Part shown: positions 51,252 through 61,650 of the stretch, piece by piece | Position numbering within the stretch: position 1 is the first letter of the stretch | Layout: the number at the start of each line of letters is the position of its first letter | Source of the DNA: Sulfurimonas sp. | GTDB lineage: Bacteria > Campylobacterota > Campylobacteria > Campylobacterales > Sulfurimonadaceae | Direction of reading: 5' to 3' | Assembly: GCA_027019335.1 (NCBI GenBank) | Contig: JALUWV010000025.1 | Span: forward strand, 19,048 to 83,047 | Length of the DNA stretch: 64,000 nucleotides | Notes under the pieces: generated by a model | Told to the model about the DNA's origin: nothing | What the model saw: only the letters and a program-made list of their open reading frames with translations | The model's database searches: none | Program-made: the position numbers and the translations under genes

Positions 51252-51911
51252 ATGAGACAGTATGAAACTTATAAATGTAATAAATGTGGAAATGAAGTAG
51301 AAGTTCAAAGTGTTGGGGGCGGTGAACTCCACTGTTGTGGCGAAGCTATGGAAATGGTAACTAAAAATTTGACTTTAGTAAATCTACTCAAAGCTTTTGC
51401 TGGTGAATCACAAGCAAGAAACAAGTATGAGTATTTTGCAAAAGTAGCGCAAAAAGAGGGTTATAGAGATATAGCAGAACATTTCCAAAGAGCTGCTAAC
51501 AATGAAAAACAGCATGCAAAATTAGAACTTGCTTTACATAATAGAATAGCAAATGAAAGTGAAAGTAACTTTGGGAATACGCAAGAGAATCTACAAGATG
51601 CGATAAATGGTGAAAGCTATGAAAACATAACAATGTATCCAGATTTTGCTAAAATTGCTAAAGAAGAGGGTGAAAAAGAGGCTGCAAGACTTTTTAGTGG
51701 TATAGGAAAAATAGAAGTTGAGCATGAAAAAATGTTTACAATGCTTTTAGAAAGACTCAAAGCTGATGCAGAATTTGTAAGTGAGGATGAAGAAGAAGCA
51801 TGGATTTGTGAAGTGTGTGGACATATTCATTATGGAAAAAAAGCATTAGAAAAATGTCCAGTTTGTAAACATCCAAAAGAGTACCAATCACGTCTAAACT
51901 CTAAAAAATAG
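51252..51911 (+). CDS. Rubrerythrin with N-terminal desulforedoxin domain
   Basis: YKCNKCGN...CCG; AFAGESQARNKY; EKQHA; EVEH; C-terminal CEVCG...CPVC. Confidence 0.93.
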   Translation: MRQYETYKCNKCGNEVEVQSVGGGELHCCGEAMEMVTKNLTLVNLLKAFAGESQARNKYEYFAKVAQKEGYRDIAEHFQRAANNEKQHAKLELALHNRIANESESNFGNTQENLQDAINGESYENITMYPDFAKIAKEEGEKEAARLFSGIGKIEVEHEKMFTMLLERLKADAEFVSEDEEEAWICEVCGHIHYGKKALEKCPVCKHPKEYQSRLNSKK

Positions 51912-51925
51912 AGTATAATAATGGT

Positions 51926-52558
51926 ATGAAAAACTTAGAACTAGATAACATTTTTATACCATCAAAAATCCCTTCTAAAAAGTTGATGATTATTTTGCAT
52001 GGGCGAGGGGATTCTTCGGAAGGTTTTAGGGCTTTACCTGAAATTTTAGCCGTAGATGAGATGAACTATCTCTTACTTGATGCACCTTTTGAATACTATA
52101 CAGGCTACTCATGGTACCCCCTCCCTCCCAATCAAATTTCTGGAATTGAATACTCTTCGACTATTTTGAAAAAAGTTCTCGATGTACTATTTGCAGATGA
52201 ATTTAATGCAGAGGAAAGCTTTTTATTTGGTTTCTCACAAGGGGCATTGCTGACTTTTGAGTTTGGTGCTCGTTATGAAAAAGTATTGGCAGGGTATATT
52301 GCTGTGAGTGGGTACATTTATGATGAGGTTAAGCTTTTAGTCGATATGAATGAAAATGTGAAAAATTCAAATTGGCTCTGTACATATGGAATAGAAGATA
52401 GTGTGTTAGACTATGAAACATCGCAAAAACAGATAGAATTTTTACAAGAGAATGGTTTTGATGTGGAATTTCAAGCTTTTCATAAAGAGCATAGTATTGC
52501 GAGTGATGAATTAGAGATGATAAGAAAATGGATGAAAAAAATAATTGAAAATATATGA
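51926..52558 (+). CDS. Phospholipase/carboxylesterase (alpha/beta hydrolase)
   Basis: LHGRGD, GFSQG nucleophile, D and H triad positions. Confidence 0.9.
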   Translation: MKNLELDNIFIPSKIPSKKLMIILHGRGDSSEGFRALPEILAVDEMNYLLLDAPFEYYTGYSWYPLPPNQISGIEYSSTILKKVLDVLFADEFNAEESFLFGFSQGALLTFEFGARYEKVLAGYIAVSGYIYDEVKLLVDMNENVKNSNWLCTYGIEDSVLDYETSQKQIEFLQENGFDVEFQAFHKEHSIASDELEMIRKWMKKIIENI

Positions 52559-53687
52559 TGTCATAGTTCTTGGTGGTGGTGCAAGTGGTTTAATGTTTTT
52601 AAATCATATCTCTAAGAAAAAAAGTATTGCACTGGTAGAAACAAATGAACGAGTAGCAAAAAAACTCAAAATCTCTGGCGGTGGAAAGTGCAATATCACA
52701 AACACTCAGGTTACTGTGGACAACTTTGATGGCGAGTCTAAACTTGTTTCTCAGGCACTACAGGCATTTTCAAAAGAGAAACTTTTAGACTTTTTACAAA
52801 GAAATAGAGTACCATTAGAACTCAGAAAAAATCGTTATTATTTTTGTGAAAACAGCTCTGATGAGATTATAGATGTTTTAAAAAAAGGCTTCAAAGGTGT
52901 TGACATACTTTTAAACCATACAATTAGCACAGTGCAAAAAGAGAAAGATACCTTTAGCATTCAAACAGATAAAAGTATCTTTTATGCAAAAAAAGTGATT
53001 GTAGCAACTGGTGGAAAAAGTTTTAAGAGTTTAGGTGCGAGTGAAATTGGCTTAGAGATTGCCAAAAGTTTTGACATAGAAGTAAAAGAGTTTAGCCCTG
53101 CACTCGTAGGTCTCACAGTGCAAAAAGAGCAGTTTTGGATGCGAGAACTTAGTGGACTGAGTTGTTATGTTCATATAAAAGTAGGGCAAAAAGTCTTAGA
53201 AGAAGAGATGCTGTTTGCACATAAAGGCATCAGTGGTCCAGCTGTTTTGTCGGCTTCTTTGTACTGGAAAAAAGGCTTGATGTGTATAGACTTTTTACCT
53301 ACAAAAAACATTCTTTCCCTTACAAACAATAGTAAAAAACTTGTAAGTTCTGTCATACCTCTAGCAAAACGACTCTCAAAAGCCCTTTTAAAAGCTGTGG
53401 ATGTGCAAGATAAAGAGTGTAAAAGATTAACATCTGAAGATAAAGAGAAGTTACAACTCCTGCATAATTATAGTTTTGCTCCTGCTGGAAATTTTGGTTT
53501 TACAAAAGCAGAAGTGAGTAGAGGAGGGGTTTTATCAGATGGATTAGATATGCAAACCTTGGAAGCAAAAAAGGTAAAAGGTCTTTACTTCATCGGTGAA
53601 GTTGTGGATGTAACAGGAGAACTTGGAGGCTATAATTTCCAATGGGCATTTTCAAGTGCCACTCTTTGTGCTAAAAGTATGAAATAA
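52545..53687 (+). CDS. HI0933/BaiN-family flavoprotein
   Basis: GGGASG, KISGGGKCNITN, ATGGKS, GELGGYNFQWAFSS. Confidence 0.92.
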   Translation: MKIYDVIVLGGGASGLMFLNHISKKKSIALVETNERVAKKLKISGGGKCNITNTQVTVDNFDGESKLVSQALQAFSKEKLLDFLQRNRVPLELRKNRYYFCENSSDEIIDVLKKGFKGVDILLNHTISTVQKEKDTFSIQTDKSIFYAKKVIVATGGKSFKSLGASEIGLEIAKSFDIEVKEFSPALVGLTVQKEQFWMRELSGLSCYVHIKVGQKVLEEEMLFAHKGISGPAVLSASLYWKKGLMCIDFLPTKNILSLTNNSKKLVSSVIPLAKRLSKALLKAVDVQDKECKRLTSEDKEKLQLLHNYSFAPAGNFGFTKAEVSRGGVLSDGLDMQTLEAKKVKGLYFIGEVVDVTGELGGYNFQWAFSSATLCAKSMK

Positions 53688-53719
53688 TTTGTTATAATGA
53701 CATAAAAAAAGAGAAGAGC

Positions 53720-54217
53720 ATGCAAAAAGTCGAACCAATGACACTTTACGGGTATGAAAAATTACAAGCAGAAGTGAAAGAACTTAAAGAAGTGAAACGC
53801 CCACAAGTTGTCAAAGATATAGAAGAAGCACTTGAACATGGTGATTTAAAAGAAAATGCAGAGTACCATGCGGCAAAAGAGATGCAAAAAATCATAGATA
53901 ACCGCTTAGCAGAGTTAGCAGAAATTCTAGGAAATTCTCAAATCGTTGATCCAAGTGAACTAGCACATGCAAAGGTAAGTTTTGGTTCAACTGTAGTGAT
54001 GACTAACTTAGATACAGATGAAGAAGTGACTTATACTATCGTTGGTGGGTGTGAATCAAATCCTGACATGGGACTTATCTCATTTGCTTCACCATTGGCA
54101 AAACAACTTTTAGGGCATGAAGAGGGTGATGAAGTAAAATTTCGTTTACCTGGTGGTGAAAAAGAGTTTGAAATCGATGAAGTTAAATACCAAGAAATCG
54201 TGTTCGAGTGCCACTAA
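53720..54217 (+). CDS. greA: Transcription elongation factor GreA
   Basis: HGDLKENAEYHAAK, SPLAKQLLG. Confidence 0.97.
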   Translation: MQKVEPMTLYGYEKLQAEVKELKEVKRPQVVKDIEEALEHGDLKENAEYHAAKEMQKIIDNRLAELAEILGNSQIVDPSELAHAKVSFGSTVVMTNLDTDEEVTYTIVGGCESNPDMGLISFASPLAKQLLGHEEGDEVKFRLPGGEKEFEIDEVKYQEIVFECH

Positions 54218-54218
54218 A

Positions 54219-55217
54219 ATGATAGAGGTTGGTATAGTTGGGGCAACAGGATATACAGGTTTAGAACTTGTCAAAATTTTGCTCAATCATCCGCAGTTTC
54301 ATTTAGCTTATATCGCTAATTCAGAAGGCAATACAACAATCAACAAACTTCACCCTTCTTTAAATGGTGTTTGTGAAGATGCAGTTGAAAAAGCAGATAC
54401 AGCAAAAATAGCAGAAGTGTGTTCCCTCGTTTTTTTGGCAGTTCCACATAAAACAGCGATGGCATATGTGAAACCACTCATGGAATTGGGGGTTAAGGTT
54501 GTAGACCTTTCGGCTGATTATAGGCTCACTCAAGATGTATATGAAGAATTTTATGTCCCACATACAGATACAAAAAATCTAGAACATGTTGTATATGGCT
54601 TGCCCGAGATGAATAGAGAGCAACTTAAATCAGCAAGACTTGTAGCCAACCCAGGGTGCTTTCCAACTTCAGCGATTTTAGGACTCTTACCTTTTCTTGA
54701 TAAACGCAAAGAGGGAACACCTATCATAATCGATGCCAAAACTGGGGTGAGTGGTGCAGGAAAAAAGCTGAGTGAGACGACACATTTTGTGAATGTTAAT
54801 GATAATCTTTTTGCTTATAATCCTCTCTTACATCGTCATGCTCCTGAAATTGCACAAAAATTAGGTGTTGCATTTGATGAGGTCAATTTCGTGCCACATT
54901 TAGTGCCAATTACTCGTGGAATGATTAGCTCGATTTACCTACAAGTAGAAGATGACTTTGATGCTTTTGAACTTTTAAAAACTTACTATAAAAATGAAAA
55001 GAATGTAAGAGTAAGTGAGATTCCTGTAAATATGAAAAATGTAGCAGGAACGAATTTTTGTGATATTTATGTTAAACACAAGGGCAATATGCTTTTTATC
55101 TCAAGTGCTATTGATAATCTTATGCGTGGGGCTTCAAGCCAAGCTGTTGTTAATGCAAACCTGATGATGGGACTTGATGAAAACATGGGTATCTCTCGTA
55201 TCGCATATGTCCCATAA
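54219..55217 (+). CDS. argC: N-acetyl-gamma-glutamyl-phosphate reductase
   Basis: GATGYTG, DLSADYR, ANPGCFPT, IDNLMRGAS. Confidence 0.97.
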   Translation: MIEVGIVGATGYTGLELVKILLNHPQFHLAYIANSEGNTTINKLHPSLNGVCEDAVEKADTAKIAEVCSLVFLAVPHKTAMAYVKPLMELGVKVVDLSADYRLTQDVYEEFYVPHTDTKNLEHVVYGLPEMNREQLKSARLVANPGCFPTSAILGLLPFLDKRKEGTPIIIDAKTGVSGAGKKLSETTHFVNVNDNLFAYNPLLHRHAPEIAQKLGVAFDEVNFVPHLVPITRGMISSIYLQVEDDFDAFELLKTYYKNEKNVRVSEIPVNMKNVAGTNFCDIYVKHKGNMLFISSAIDNLMRGASSQAVVNANLMMGLDENMGISRIAYVP

Positions 55218-55941
55218 TATTATTATACAAGAGGGTGCATTGATTGTTTCAGATGCACACTTCTCTCCTTCGCGTCTCGAACTCTATGCCTTTGTAGAAG
55301 CCCTTTATCTTGAACAAATACAAACACCACAACTCATTTTAATGGGAGATATCTTTGATGCACTCTTTGGTTCAATACAATATACATATGAAAAAAACCA
55401 AAAAATTATAGCAATGCTTGAGCAAATCTCGAAAAGAGTAGAAGTGATTTATCTTGAAGGAAATCATGATTTTAATCTCAAAGCAGTTTTTTCACATATG
55501 AAAATTTTCCCCATAGAACAGCAGCCTATCTCTTGTACCTATCACGATAAAAAAGTTTATTTGGCACATGGAGATTTTGATGGGCCTTTAGGATATAGAG
55601 TCTATACTGCTATTATCAGAAATAGTTACATCCTTCCTTTTTTACGACTTATAGATAATCTTTCGCAACACTCTATTTTAAATTATGTTTACACACATTT
55701 AGCAAAAAAAGAGGATTGCAATGGTTTTACAGGTTTTGAAGAGTTTATTGCTCAACGTATAGAAAAGCGTTATAAATGTGACTATTTTATAGAGGGACAT
55801 TATCATCAAAATAGAAAAATAAACTTGAAAAACTGTATTTATATAAATTTAGCTGCTTTTGCTTGCAATCAAAGATATTTTACTGTAAAATCTTTGGAAG
55901 ATAAAGAATTATTAGAAGAAAAGACTTTCTCTAAAGGGTAA
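55207..55941 (+). CDS. lpxH: UDP-2,3-diacylglucosamine diphosphatase
   Basis: SDAH, MGDIFD, EGNHD, AHGD, GHYH metallophosphoesterase motifs; position upstream of cheV. Confidence 0.8.
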   Translation: MSHNIIIQEGALIVSDAHFSPSRLELYAFVEALYLEQIQTPQLILMGDIFDALFGSIQYTYEKNQKIIAMLEQISKRVEVIYLEGNHDFNLKAVFSHMKIFPIEQQPISCTYHDKKVYLAHGDFDGPLGYRVYTAIIRNSYILPFLRLIDNLSQHSILNYVYTHLAKKEDCNGFTGFEEFIAQRIEKRYKCDYFIEGHYHQNRKINLKNCIYINLAAFACNQRYFTVKSLEDKELLEEKTFSKG

Positions 55942-55946
55942 TAAAA

Positions 55947-56885
55947 ATGGATGACAATACATTAAAAGTTGGTTCTAATGAGATGGAACTTGTTGACTTT
56001 CGTATTTTGAAACAAGAAGATGATACTGTATATGAAGGAATCTACGGGATAAATGTTTCCAAGGTACGTGAAATTATTCGTGTGCCTGCTTTAACAGAAC
56101 TCCCGGGAACTCCAGAATATATTGAGGGAATTTTTGATTTACGTGAAGTAGTAATACCTGTTGTAGATTTAGCAAAATGGATGGGTATCACACCTCCTGA
56201 AGATGTTGCTAAAAATTCACGAGTCATCATTACAGAGTTTAATAATGTTTTGATTGGATTTGTAGTACATGAAGCAAAACGTATTCGTCGGATTAACTGG
56301 AGTGATATAGAACCTGCATCTTTTATGAATAGTGCCTCTTCTATGGACTCAAGTAAAATTACAGGGGTCACGAAAATAGAAGGTGATAATGTTCTTCTCA
56401 TTCTTGACTTAGAGAGCGTTGTGCAAGATCTAGGCTTATACTCTCCCGATACGGATGCAATTCCAGAAGATTTAGAAACTTTTTCAGGATTAGCACTTGT
56501 GCTTGATGATAGTTCTACGGCAAGAAAAATTGTTAAAGAAGCACTCCAAAAAATGGGATTTAAAGTCGTTGAAGCGAGTGATGGTCAAGATGGTTTAGCT
56601 AAACTGGATGAAATTTACAGCACATATGGTGAAGGAATTTCAGATCAATTAAAGATAATTATTTCAGATGTTGAAATGCCACAAATGGATGGTTTTCATT
56701 TTGCAGCTAATGTAAAAGAAGATAGCCGATATAGTAATATTCCGATTGTTTTTAATTCATCAATCAGTGACCATTTTAGTGAAAATAGAGGCAAAGAAGC
56801 GGGCGGAGAAGCTTACTTAGTGAAGTTTGAAGCAAGCTCATTTTATAATGAAGTGTCACGTGTTGTACGTGCACACATAAAGTAG
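55947..56885 (+). CDS. cheV: Chemotaxis protein CheV
   Basis: CheW domain (YGINVSKVREI) plus receiver domain (LDDS, SDVEMPQMDG). Confidence 0.95.
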   Translation: MDDNTLKVGSNEMELVDFRILKQEDDTVYEGIYGINVSKVREIIRVPALTELPGTPEYIEGIFDLREVVIPVVDLAKWMGITPPEDVAKNSRVIITEFNNVLIGFVVHEAKRIRRINWSDIEPASFMNSASSMDSSKITGVTKIEGDNVLLILDLESVVQDLGLYSPDTDAIPEDLETFSGLALVLDDSSTARKIVKEALQKMGFKVVEASDGQDGLAKLDEIYSTYGEGISDQLKIIISDVEMPQMDGFHFAANVKEDSRYSNIPIVFNSSISDHFSENRGKEAGGEAYLVKFEASSFYNEVSRVVRAHIK

Positions 56886-56895
56886 GAGTGTAAAT

Positions 56896-59298
56896 ATGGA
56901 TGAATTTCAAGAAATACTGCAAGATTTTTTAGTTGAATCTTTTGAACTTGTTGAAAAATTAGATGAGGACTTAGTTGAATTAGAGTCTAATCCGGAGGAT
57001 TTAGAACTTTTAAATGGAATCTTTCGTGTCGCACATACAGTAAAAGGAGCATCTTCATTTTTAAATTTTGATGTTTTGACACATTTAACACATCATATGG
57101 AAGATGTTTTAAACAAAGCACGTCATGGGGATTTAATCCTTACTCCTGATATTATGGATGTTGTTTTAGAATCTATTGATTTGATGAAAGAGTTACTCAA
57201 TGTGATTCGTGACACAAGTGCAGATGCGGGTGTTGATGTTGCTGCTTGTGTTGCAAGACTTGATAAGGTAAGTGGTGGAACCGGTGAAGTAGAAACACCA
57301 GCTCCAGCAGCTGCACCGGAACCTGTTGTCGAAGCAGCACCTGTCGCACCTGAACCAGAAGAAGAGGAACCTGATTATGACAATATGGATCCTGATGAGA
57401 TAGAAGCAGAAATAGAAAGACTTTTAAATCAACGTCAAGACGAAGATAAAGCCAAACGTGCAGCAAAAATTGCAGCAGGAGAGAGTGTTCCTGAAGCACC
57501 ACCTGCTCCAAGTGAAGAGCCTACACCTGAGCCAAAAAAAGAGACTGCTCCTCCGCCACCACCACCGCCACCACCACCACCAGTGGCACCAAAACCTGTA
57601 ACTCCAAAAGCAGCTGAGCCAAAAGCAGCAGCACCGGCAAAGAAAACACCAGCTGTTGTCGAACAAACCATTCGTGTGGATGTAAAAAGACTTGACCACT
57701 TAATGAATCTGATAGGCGAGCTTGTACTTGCTAAAAATAGACTAATTAAAATTAATGATGATGTAGAAGAACGTTATGAAGGTGAAGAGTTTTTAGAAGA
57801 ACTTAATCAAGTCGTTTCTATCGTCTCTCTTGTAACAACAGACTTGCAAATAGCTGTTATGAAAACACGTATGCTTCCTATAGGAAAAGTTTTTAACAAA
57901 TTTCCTCGTATGATTCGTGATTTATCACGTGAATTAAACAAGGACATCGAACTTGTAATTTCAGGAGAAGAGACGGAGCTTGATAAGTCTATTGTTGAAG
58001 AGATTGGCGATCCACTTGTGCATATTATCCGTAACTCTTGTGACCATGGAGTTGAAACCCCTGATATACGAACAGCTGCTGGTAAAGATGCGAAAGGTAC
58101 TATTGATTTAAAAGCCTATAATGAAGGGAACCAAATTGTCATTCAAATCGATGATGATGGAAAAGGACTTGATACAGATATGTTGAAAAACAAGTCTTTA
58201 GAAAAAGGTATCATTACTGAAAAAGAAGCTGATAATATGAGCGATAAAGAGGCTTTCGGGCTTATCTTTAAGCCAGGTTTTTCAACTGCTGCTGCTGTTA
58301 CAAGTGTAAGTGGTCGTGGTGTTGGTATGGATGTTGTTAAAACAAATATTGAACAACTCAATGGAATGATTGATATAGAGAGTACTGTGGGTGTTGGGAC
58401 TTCGATTAAACTCAAGATTCCTTTAACATTAGCGATTATTCAAGCCTTACTTGTGGGTGTGCAAGAAGAGTACTATGCGATTCCTTTAGCATCAGTTCTT
58501 GAGACTGTGCGAATTTCAAAAGATGAAATTTATACGGTTGAAGGTAAAAGTGTTATGCGATTACGTGATGAAGTTTTATCTTTAGTACATATCGGTGATA
58601 TCTTTGAAGTAGAACGTATTTTAGATGGAAGTGAACATGCGTATGTTGTTGTTTTAGGTTTAGGCACAAGTAAAATAGGCTTAATCGTGGATACACTTGT
58701 GGGTCAAGAAGAGATTGTTATTAAATCCCTTGGAGATTATCTCAAAGGGATTGAAGGGATTGCTGGGGCTACTATCCGTGGAGATGGTGGTGTTACACTT
58801 ATCGTTGATGTTGTCGCTTTAATGCAAATGGCAAAAAATGTCAAAGCAACAGCACTTGTTGAGAGTGCATCTTCACAAGCTGGAGCTTCTCGAGAAAAAA
58901 CAAAAGCGAGTGATTATACGATAATGATTGTCGATGATTCTAAGACAGATAGAATTATTATGAGAAAGGCATTAGAGCCGATGGGTGTTACTTTAGTAGA
59001 AGCATCTGATGGTCAGGAAGCACTCAACACTCTCAAAGCAGGTGACCACAATTTTGATGCAATGCTCATCGATATAGAAATGCCGAGAATGGATGGCTAT
59101 ACTTTAGCAGGAGAGATTAAAAAATATAACAAATATAAAAATTTACCTCTTATTGCCGTGACATCAAGAACAGGTAAATCAGATCGTATGCGTGGTGTTG
59201 AATCTGGAATGGTCGAGTATATTACGAAACCATACTCAGCAGACTATTTAGCAAGTGTCGTTCAAAGAAATGTTAATTTTAAATCGGAGTTCTTATAA
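56896..59298 (+). CDS. cheA: Chemotaxis histidine kinase CheA with C-terminal receiver
   Basis: Hpt AHTVKG, HIIRNSCDHG, SGRGVGMDVV, CheW domain, receiver DIEMPRMDG. Confidence 0.98.
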   Translation: MDEFQEILQDFLVESFELVEKLDEDLVELESNPEDLELLNGIFRVAHTVKGASSFLNFDVLTHLTHHMEDVLNKARHGDLILTPDIMDVVLESIDLMKELLNVIRDTSADAGVDVAACVARLDKVSGGTGEVETPAPAAAPEPVVEAAPVAPEPEEEEPDYDNMDPDEIEAEIERLLNQRQDEDKAKRAAKIAAGESVPEAPPAPSEEPTPEPKKETAPPPPPPPPPPPVAPKPVTPKAAEPKAAAPAKKTPAVVEQTIRVDVKRLDHLMNLIGELVLAKNRLIKINDDVEERYEGEEFLEELNQVVSIVSLVTTDLQIAVMKTRMLPIGKVFNKFPRMIRDLSRELNKDIELVISGEETELDKSIVEEIGDPLVHIIRNSCDHGVETPDIRTAAGKDAKGTIDLKAYNEGNQIVIQIDDDGKGLDTDMLKNKSLEKGIITEKEADNMSDKEAFGLIFKPGFSTAAAVTSVSGRGVGMDVVKTNIEQLNGMIDIESTVGVGTSIKLKIPLTLAIIQALLVGVQEEYYAIPLASVLETVRISKDEIYTVEGKSVMRLRDEVLSLVHIGDIFEVERILDGSEHAYVVVLGLGTSKIGLIVDTLVGQEEIVIKSLGDYLKGIEGIAGATIRGDGGVTLIVDVVALMQMAKNVKATALVESASSQAGASREKTKASDYTIMIVDDSKTDRIIMRKALEPMGVTLVEASDGQEALNTLKAGDHNFDAMLIDIEMPRMDGYTLAGEIKKYNKYKNLPLIAVTSRTGKSDRMRGVESGMVEYITKPYSADYLASVVQRNVNFKSEFL
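57550..57582 (+). repeat. Polyproline (11 x CCN) tract in the CheA linker
   Basis: cct ccg cca cca cca ccg cca cca cca cca cca. Confidence 0.9.
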
Positions 59299-59795
59299 TG
59301 AGTGATAAATTAAAGCAAATTATTGACAAACAAGGTGCGCAACAAGCAGATACTGGACTCGATCAATCAGATGATATTGTTCAATTAGTTGGATTTATTA
59401 TCGGGGATGAAGAGTATGCAGTGCCTATTTTAGCGATTCAAGAGATTATAAAACCTTTTTCATGGACACGTGTACCTCAAGTACCGCCTTATGTTTTAGG
59501 TGTTTTCAATCTTCGTGGTGCGGTTATTCCTCTCATAGACCTACGAGCAAAATTTGGACTGCAAGCTAAAAAACAATCAGATGAAACACGTTTTATCGTG
59601 ATGCGACATGGAGATGATGTAGCTGGTTTTGTGATAGATAGATTGACGATGGCAATTCGTATCAAAAAAGAAAATATTGGTGCGGCTCCTGATACTATGA
59701 ATAGTGAGGATAGTGTGATAGATGGTGTTGGGAAACAAGCAGATAAGATTATTACACTTTTAAAAGTAAACAAACTATTAGAAAGAGATTTTTAA
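59298..59795 (+). CDS. cheW: Chemotaxis protein CheW
   Basis: EEYAVPI, TRVPQVPPYVLGVFNLRGAVIPLIDL. Confidence 0.96.
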   Translation: MSDKLKQIIDKQGAQQADTGLDQSDDIVQLVGFIIGDEEYAVPILAIQEIIKPFSWTRVPQVPPYVLGVFNLRGAVIPLIDLRAKFGLQAKKQSDETRFIVMRHGDDVAGFVIDRLTMAIRIKKENIGAAPDTMNSEDSVIDGVGKQADKIITLLKVNKLLERDF

Positions 59796-59806
59796 TAGTT
59801 TTATAG

Positions 59807-60913
59807 ATGGATAAATTAACTCTTCGTATACAACAGACTTCAGAAAAGGTAGAATTATACTTTTCTGGAGTATTCACTTTGCATAATATTGCCCAATATG
59901 TAGCACAAGTGGATTCCTTACATCTTGCAAAAAAAAACCTTGTTATTCACTTAGAAGATGTGACTGCCTTTGATACTGCTGCTGCTCTTTTTGTGCAAAA
60001 TCTTCAAAAGAAGGCAGATACTTTTAACACTATTTCTCATAACCCAGAAATACAGGAAAATCTACTTTTAGTTAAAAATCAAGCTAATATATTTACTGCT
60101 TCACATACAGAGAGAAGAAAAAGTTTTCTTTTTGCTATTGGAAAAAGGGTAGAAGAGTTTTTAGTGGACTTTGGACTTTTTATGGAGTTTTTTGGAAAAG
60201 TTTTTTTTGCAAGCTTTGATTATTTGATACATTTAAAGCATATACGATACAAAGAAATAGCTTTTGAAATCAATGAAAGTGCTATTAAAGCATTATGGAT
60301 TATTGCATTGACAAGTTTTCTTATAGGGGTTGTTGTGGCGTATCAGTCTGCGTATCAACTGAAACTCTATGGAGCCAATATTTTTATAGTCGATATGTTG
60401 GGGATATCTATTTTAAGAGAACTAGCACCCCTTATTACGGCTATCGTCATTGCAGGGCGAAGTGGTTCTGCATTTACTGCACAAATAGGGGCGATGAAAA
60501 TCACTCAAGAGCTTGATGCAATGCAGACAATGGGATTTGACCCTTATGCTTTTTTGGTAATGCCTCGGATTATCGCTTTGATGATTGCTTTGCCAATCTT
60601 GATTTTTGTTGCAGATGTGATGGGTGTCTTTGGAGGAATGCTTGTCTCTTATATAGATTTGGGGATTTCAAGTCATCTTTTTTTAGAACGATTTAATGAA
60701 GTAGTGGCTGTAAAGCATTTTTATATTGGGATTTTTAAAGGGCCTTTTTTTGCATTTTTGATTGCTTCGATAGGGATTTTTAGAGGGTTGCAAGTCAAAG
60801 ACAATACACAAAGCATAGGCTTTAACACGACAAAAAGTGTGGTTATGTCTATTTTTGCAGTCATAGTCTGTGATGCTATTTTTTCAATAGCTTTGACAAC
60901 ATTGGGGATATAA
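59807..60913 (+). CDS. MlaE-family ABC permease with N-terminal STAS-like domain
   Basis: RELAPLITAIVIAGRSGSAFTAQIGAMK..ELDAM. Confidence 0.92.
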   Translation: MDKLTLRIQQTSEKVELYFSGVFTLHNIAQYVAQVDSLHLAKKNLVIHLEDVTAFDTAAALFVQNLQKKADTFNTISHNPEIQENLLLVKNQANIFTASHTERRKSFLFAIGKRVEEFLVDFGLFMEFFGKVFFASFDYLIHLKHIRYKEIAFEINESAIKALWIIALTSFLIGVVVAYQSAYQLKLYGANIFIVDMLGISILRELAPLITAIVIAGRSGSAFTAQIGAMKITQELDAMQTMGFDPYAFLVMPRIIALMIALPILIFVADVMGVFGGMLVSYIDLGISSHLFLERFNEVVAVKHFYIGIFKGPFFAFLIASIGIFRGLQVKDNTQSIGFNTTKSVVMSIFAVIVCDAIFSIALTTLGI

Positions 60914-61650
60914 TGCAAAAGATTATAGAGGTAAGAAGTTTAAAAACACTCTTTGGGTCACGAACTGTACATGATGGATTAAACCTAACTATTAATAAGG
61001 GTGAAATCTATGGTCTTTTAGGACCCAGTGGCTGTGGAAAAACGACATTGCTCCGTGAAATGGTTTTACTTCAAGAGTACCCTGCAGGGTCTATAAATAT
61101 TTTAGGCTATGATTTAAACAGTATACACTATAAAGATGCACAAAGTTTAAGACAAAAATGGGGTGTATTATTTCAGTCAGGTGCGCTCTTTTCTTCTTTA
61201 ACACTCAAAGAAAATATTGCCTTACCCCTTAAAGAATATACACAATTAAATCAAAAAATGATAGATGAGATTGTCTCTTTAAAGATAAGTTTAGTAGGGC
61301 TTAAACAGCTAGATGCTCATCTGTATCCTTCTCAAATAAGTGGTGGGATGAAGAAAAAAGCAGGCTTGGCACGTGCTTTAGCCATGGATCCAGAGCTTTT
61401 GTTCTTAGATGAACCCACAAGTGGACTTGACCCGATTTCAGCAAGAGAATTTGACCGTCTGATTTTAAAGCTTCGTGATACCCTCGGTTTGAGTATTGTC
61501 ATGGTGTCGCATGACTTACAATCTATCTATGATACTTTAGATAAAATGGCTATAATAGACAATAAAAAAATCGTATATGAAGATACTTTACAAAATCTTG
61601 CAAGTAGCGAGAGTCAATTTGTACAAACATTTTTTAAAGAGAGATTATGA
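60913..61650 (+). CDS. MlaF-like ABC ATP-binding protein
   Basis: GPSGCGKTT, FQSGALFSSL, ISGGMKKK, DEPTSGLDP. Confidence 0.92.
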   Translation: MQKIIEVRSLKTLFGSRTVHDGLNLTINKGEIYGLLGPSGCGKTTLLREMVLLQEYPAGSINILGYDLNSIHYKDAQSLRQKWGVLFQSGALFSSLTLKENIALPLKEYTQLNQKMIDEIVSLKISLVGLKQLDAHLYPSQISGGMKKKAGLARALAMDPELLFLDEPTSGLDPISAREFDRLILKLRDTLGLSIVMVSHDLQSIYDTLDKMAIIDNKKIVYEDTLQNLASSESQFVQTFFKERL

